From: an uncultured Dehalococcoidia bacterium
GTDB lineage: Bacteria; Chloroflexota; Dehalococcoidia; Lucifugimonadales; UBA3495
Direction: 5' to 3'
DNA: 64,000 bases
Assembly: GCA_950072105.1 (NCBI GenBank)
Contig: CATMOE010000010.1
Location: 4,438-68,437, forward strand
The notes below the pieces were generated by a model. The model had not been told where the DNA came from, searched no databases, and saw only the letters and a list, made by a program, of their open reading frames with translations. Position numbers and translations under genes: made by a program. Below are positions 60,161-64,000 of the stretch, piece by piece (position 1 is the stretch's first letter; every line of letters starts with the position of its first letter).

Positions 60161-60946
60161 CTACAACCCCAACCGCCGCACCAGTTCCTCGGCCGTGACC
60201 GTGGTTCCGCTTAGGCCCTTAGCGTCCTGGGCGGCTAGGTACTTGGCGGCTTTGACCATGTCGGCGGGGGTGGCCCAGGTCGATATGTCGGCGTCGGGGC
60301 GCTGGGCTAGGAAGCCCTCGGTGACCACCGGACGCAGGGGCTTTAATACGTTGACCGAGATGTTGTAGGGTCCCAACTCGGCCGCCAGACCCCAGGTGAA
60401 TCGCTCCAGCCCTACTTTGGCGGCGCCGTAATTCTGGCCGATCAGGGCGATGTCCGTGCTGTCGGCCGACAGGGTGGAAGAAAATATGTTGGTGGCCGCG
60501 TGAGAAGAGATGTTGATGATGCTGCCGCCGCCCTGTTCAATCATAATAGGGACCACCGACTTGCAGGCGATGAATGGCGCGCGCAGGTCGATGTCCATGA
60601 CCAAGTCCCACTCCTTAACCGTCATCTCCAGGAAAGGTGTGTAGCTGGCGATGGCGGCGTTGTTGATCAGCACATCCACCGCCCCGAATTCGTCAAGAGT
60701 ACGGTTCACCATGTGGCGGATGCTGTCCACTTCCCGCACGTTGGTGGGTATCGCCAGGGCTTTACCGCCGGCGTCTTCAATTTCTCCCACGGTGGAATGG
60801 ATGGTGCCCGGCAACATGGGGCGCGATTCCTCGGACCGGGCAGCCACCACCACGTAGGCGCCTTCTTCCGCCAAGCCTAACGCCATCGCCTTGCCGATAC
60901 CCCGGCTGGAACCAGTAACGATGACAACTTTTTCCGCTAAAGACAT
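60161..60946 (-). CDS. SDR family oxidoreductase
   Basis: 261 aa. TGSSRGIG cofactor motif, NNAA, and a YxxxK-type site (YGAAK). Confidence 0.85.
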   Translation of the reverse strand: MSLAEKVVIVTGSSRGIGKAMALGLAEEGAYVVVAARSEESRPMLPGTIHSTVGEIEDAGGKALAIPTNVREVDSIRHMVNRTLDEFGAVDVLINNAAIASYTPFLEMTVKEWDLVMDIDLRAPFIACKSVVPIMIEQGGGSIINISSHAATNIFSSTLSADSTDIALIGQNYGAAKVGLERFTWGLAAELGPYNISVNVLKPLRPVVTEGFLAQRPDADISTWATPADMVKAAKYLAAQDAKGLSGTTVTAEELVRRLGL

Positions 60947-61048
60947 CCTGCCGTCCTGTGGCCAAGACCCAACCGCACGACTCCTGCCCTGACCGTACTA
61001 AGGTTGTTTCCACTAAAGATCAGAACTGTAACCCGGCTTTGCTACCCT

Positions 61049-61360
61049 CTACTTTTCAGCCTGGTATGCAAGACGGATCTGGTAGCTGCTGAACTCGCCA
61101 TGACCCATGATGTAATCCGTGGGAGGCCCCGAGTGGGCTTGCTTGAAGCTATCGCTACGAAGCCACTGGTTATGATGCTCCTCCGACTCCCAACGGCTGA
61201 CCACTAGATATTCCTCGTGCTCTGAGTCGCCTTCTTGCCGCCACAACTCGAAATCCACGAATCCAGGCTCCCGAGCGACTTCACCCCGGCTACGAAACAA
61301 CTCTTCCAGTTCCTTGCCGTATCCCTTTTTAATCTTGATACGGTTGGTCCCTACGAACAT
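61049..61360 (-). CDS. antibiotic biosynthesis monooxygenase (ABM) family protein
   Basis: Start taken at MFVGTNRIKIKKG.. (cat 61358-61360, GAGGAG RBS 8 nt upstream). ..PGFVDFELW.. ABM pattern. Confidence 0.7.
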   Translation of the reverse strand: MFVGTNRIKIKKGYGKELEELFRSRGEVAREPGFVDFELWRQEGDSEHEEYLVVSRWESEEHHNQWLRSDSFKQAHSGPPTDYIMGHGEFSSYQIRLAYQAEK

Positions 61361-61543
61361 ATCTTCAACTCCTCTTCCAGAAACCTGTACCAACGAAGCG
61401 GCCCTATGACATTCGGACGTTGACCGCCGCCGGCCACAATGGCTAATATAGTAATCCCAATCCCCTTAGAAACAGGCCGTTGGTCCATTGACTCGAGACT
61501 GTGGACACCGGCCTGTTTCTTTTTCACCTCGTCCTGGATCCGA

Positions 61544-61611
61544 GTCCTTCGACGAGCTCAGGACGAACAGAGGGGAACCCCGCACCGTTCGGGGTGAGCT
61601 CGTCGAACCAC
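61544..61611. repeat. palindromic repeat family A, copy 3 (with compensatory stem changes)
   Basis: agtccttcgacgagctcaggacgaacag..ccgttcggggtgagctcgtcgaaccac. acgagc/gctcgt replaces acaggc/gcttgt of copies 1 and 2, so pairing is preserved. Confidence 0.8.
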
Positions 61612-61638
61612 GTCCCATGGCTTGCGCCAACAAGGCCT

Positions 61639-63645
61639 CTAGTTGTCAGCGGCCTGGACCGCGGCAGCCCGCCCCACGAAAACGTCGTACAGATCCCCGG
61701 CGAGCTCCATCACCGTAGCCAGGTCTTCTTGCAGCAGATACGCTTCATCCAACAACGATCGAGCCGCTTCATCAATCTTGTTCAAGTAACCCTCTTTGGA
61801 TGCGTAGCGCTCCTCGATAGAAAGGCGGGGGTCTCCCGAAGCCTCCCGGTCTTCAGCCTTGGCCGGGAAGGGGATGGTAGACCCCTTCAGAGTGCCGCCC
61901 GAGGCCCCGCCTGTCGACATGATTTCGCCGTTGCCTCCGATATCGGCGTGGCGCAGGTTCCAACCGGTGTACGTCGCCAGAGGGACCGTGATGAAAGGCA
62001 TCAATATGCCGGAGGTCTCGTTGCCGTCCCCGTCGACGGCGGACACCAGGTTCGGGTAGAGATTGCCTACCACCGGGGGGACCTTGGTTGGTACACCGGG
62101 GTCCGTGCCGAAGTCCAAGCGGGTAAACCGGCGTAGATGGACCGGCGGTTCAACACCTGGGATCGATGTCAATGTTTTCAACGCGGTTTCCGGGGAAACG
62201 GCGGTGCCATCGGAAATCTTAGGGTATCGGCTGGGGGGCGCGGGGTGTCCTGACGTGACCCAACGGTCTAGATTGACCAAGGCCGCCCGGAGCAGCGACC
62301 GATAGTCCAGGCAGTGATACAGCCGCTGGGTTCGTACGCCTTCAGCGTCTGTGTCGGTCAGTGGAAGGCCTCCTAAAGAGTGCTGCATTCCCCCCAAGAT
62401 GTAGATCCGCACGGCCTCGGGCGGATCCATATCATGGCTACCGGTCAGGTCGGTGTGCACCAACGCGCCGTGGCCGCCCCAGTACTCGGATGGAGTGCTC
62501 ACGTACATAATCTTGGGCAGCGGCCCTTGGACGGTCAACCGGGACAACAGGCCGTCGGTGATCCCGGTCTCCGGGTCGGTCTGTTCCGCGTCGCTGAAAG
62601 GGAACAAGCTATTTGTGCTTCGGCTGGCCTGGCTGGAGGGTTGGGCGAATCGCTGGTTGAACTCGCCCCGCTTGCCCCCGGCCACGTGGGGAATAAAACC
62701 GTCGAATACCGTGCGGCCTTCCTGGTCCCGGTTCACTGCCAGATGGAGAAACTGGCGCAGCCACCGGCCGGTCTGGGACACACCGAATGCATAGGCATGC
62801 TCCACGTCTCCGGCGCACGGGTTCCCGCTGTCCGCGGAACCCTGTTTCAGAAAGGACACGATGTCCCGGGTGGCCAGATGGCCTAGCCCAACCACGGGGG
62901 CGCCGGTGGTGGTGTACCTTACCTGGTAAACCTTGCCTGGAATAAACCCGGATTCCATGTAGATGTGCGAGGCGTTGGGCGCGCGGCGCCCGTCTTCCAA
63001 CCGGGCGAAGGCCCATTCTTCACGGGGAATGACCCGTTCCTCCCCATCCTCATGGTCTTGGACGGTGAGCACCGAGTCCCAGCTCTCAAGATTATTGGCC
63101 GGATAGGGCCGGTGTGCTCTATCGGAAAGATACTGAACCTGAGCCGGGGCGTTGATCTGGAAGGTGACCACTATCTCGCCGGAAACCGGACCGTCGGCAG
63201 TCCTGGCTTCGGGAAGCCGGGCCCGCAGCACTCCCGGCACGTCGGGAACATCGTGCTGCCAGCCGCACCAAACCACCGTATATCCCTGCCGCATCAGAAA
63301 CCCATTACCGGGGTTCGGCGGAGCGTCTGGGGCAACCTCTGGGGCGCTGTTGATGTTTCTCAAGGCCGTCGCTTTGCCCCGGTTGGGCACGTCCAACAGC
63401 ACACGGTGATTCCCTTTGGCCGGGTCCACCGGCACGAGGATGCGAAAGTCGGAGGAGAAAATCACCTGTCCCTGGGCGTCTACCGACGCCAGCTCCAAGT
63501 CGGCGATCCCCTGGTTAGCCGGATGGGCAGGGTCGATGGCGAAGTCAACAACTCCTTCCAATTGCTCGTAGGCCCCGGTGTTTCCAAACACCTGTCCTTC
63601 GGCAAACGGCTTCCGGTTATTAATCTCAAATCTGGTCACTGGCAT
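61639..63645 (-). CDS. large conserved hypothetical protein (function unknown; possibly hydrolase-like)
   Basis: 668-aa uninterrupted ORF with a GGAGG RBS. I recognise no catalytic motif with confidence. Confidence 0.6.
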   Translation of the reverse strand: MPVTRFEINNRKPFAEGQVFGNTGAYEQLEGVVDFAIDPAHPANQGIADLELASVDAQGQVIFSSDFRILVPVDPAKGNHRVLLDVPNRGKATALRNINSAPEVAPDAPPNPGNGFLMRQGYTVVWCGWQHDVPDVPGVLRARLPEARTADGPVSGEIVVTFQINAPAQVQYLSDRAHRPYPANNLESWDSVLTVQDHEDGEERVIPREEWAFARLEDGRRAPNASHIYMESGFIPGKVYQVRYTTTGAPVVGLGHLATRDIVSFLKQGSADSGNPCAGDVEHAYAFGVSQTGRWLRQFLHLAVNRDQEGRTVFDGFIPHVAGGKRGEFNQRFAQPSSQASRSTNSLFPFSDAEQTDPETGITDGLLSRLTVQGPLPKIMYVSTPSEYWGGHGALVHTDLTGSHDMDPPEAVRIYILGGMQHSLGGLPLTDTDAEGVRTQRLYHCLDYRSLLRAALVNLDRWVTSGHPAPPSRYPKISDGTAVSPETALKTLTSIPGVEPPVHLRRFTRLDFGTDPGVPTKVPPVVGNLYPNLVSAVDGDGNETSGILMPFITVPLATYTGWNLRHADIGGNGEIMSTGGASGGTLKGSTIPFPAKAEDREASGDPRLSIEERYASKEGYLNKIDEAARSLLDEAYLLQEDLATVMELAGDLYDVFVGRAAAVQAADN

Positions 63646-63840
63646 CGCTTACCTCCAGGTGGACCGTATATTTCTTCTAGCTTTATTTTTTCGGGGGTTA
63701 TTATCGCACTCATTTGGGCACTGACCGCATGATACCGACAGCCATTAACCCTGGCAAGCTTCATCGCCCTGGCCCGGACGATCCCGCCGATCCAGTCTGC
63801 TACAATTCCTGGGTCCGAAATTCTGGGGGAGGTAGCGGAA

Positions 63841-64000
63841 ATGCCACTGGAACGTTTTAACCCTGAGGGATTAGCCCAACCGGGTGGTTACCACCACGTT
63901 GTTAAGGACGGCAACACGATCTACGTTGCGGGTCAGGTGAGCCGGGACAAGGAAGGCAAAACCGTCGGCGTGGGTGACGCCGCCGCCCAGGCCGAACAGA
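63841..64000 (+). CDS. RidA/YjgF family protein (N-terminal part; runs off the right edge)
   Basis: MPLERFNPEGLAQPGGYHHVVKDGNTIYVAGQVSRDKEGK.. matches the RidA N-terminal pattern. GGGGGAGG RBS. Confidence 0.75.
   Translation, partial: MPLERFNPEGLAQPGGYHHVVKDGNTIYVAGQVSRDKEGKTVGVGDAAAQAEQ

Overview
GC-rich (about 60% by eye), densely coding chromosomal segment with about 58 protein genes on both strands. I recognised no rRNA, tRNA, CRISPR array, transposase or integrase. The content is a housekeeping backbone (UPF0182, argJ-argB, pcrA, hemW, selB, hemD) mixed with many oxidoreductases and a strong sulfur and selenium theme. Gene content and the palindromic intergenic repeats suggest an uncultured marine Chloroflexota (SAR202-like) genome, but that is inference only.

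Main observations:
1. A two-domain rhodanese (58351-59178) has an in-frame TGA exactly at the catalytic-cysteine position, with a SECIS-like hairpin just downstream. selB lies in the same window, so this is a predicted selenoprotein.
2. An AT-richer islet (37392-39157) is wedged between hemW and selB. It carries a DUF6883/DUF4926 toxin-antitoxin-like pair and an orphan DUF4926-fusion gene. The fusion gene is bracketed by a 114-bp direct duplication of the selB 5' end, and the internal differences between the two copies are all synonymous.
3. A promoter, a three-helix structure and an intrinsic terminator form a leader in front of a sulfite/nitrite reductase-hemD operon. This is a candidate riboswitch or attenuator of unrecognised class.
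4. A candidate organosulfur catabolic island spans 18.4-27.6 kb. It holds a cysteine-dioxygenase-family cupin, a 4-domain rhodanese, an ACAD-fold enzyme lacking the canonical catalytic Glu, a cytoplasmic sulfite-oxidase-fold enzyme and two paralogous MFS transporters.
5. Several intergenic repeat families are present, including heptamer-block elements whose palindromic TAGCTA end supplies the TAG stop codon of three genes.

All function calls come from reading the translated ORFs. No database search was possible.
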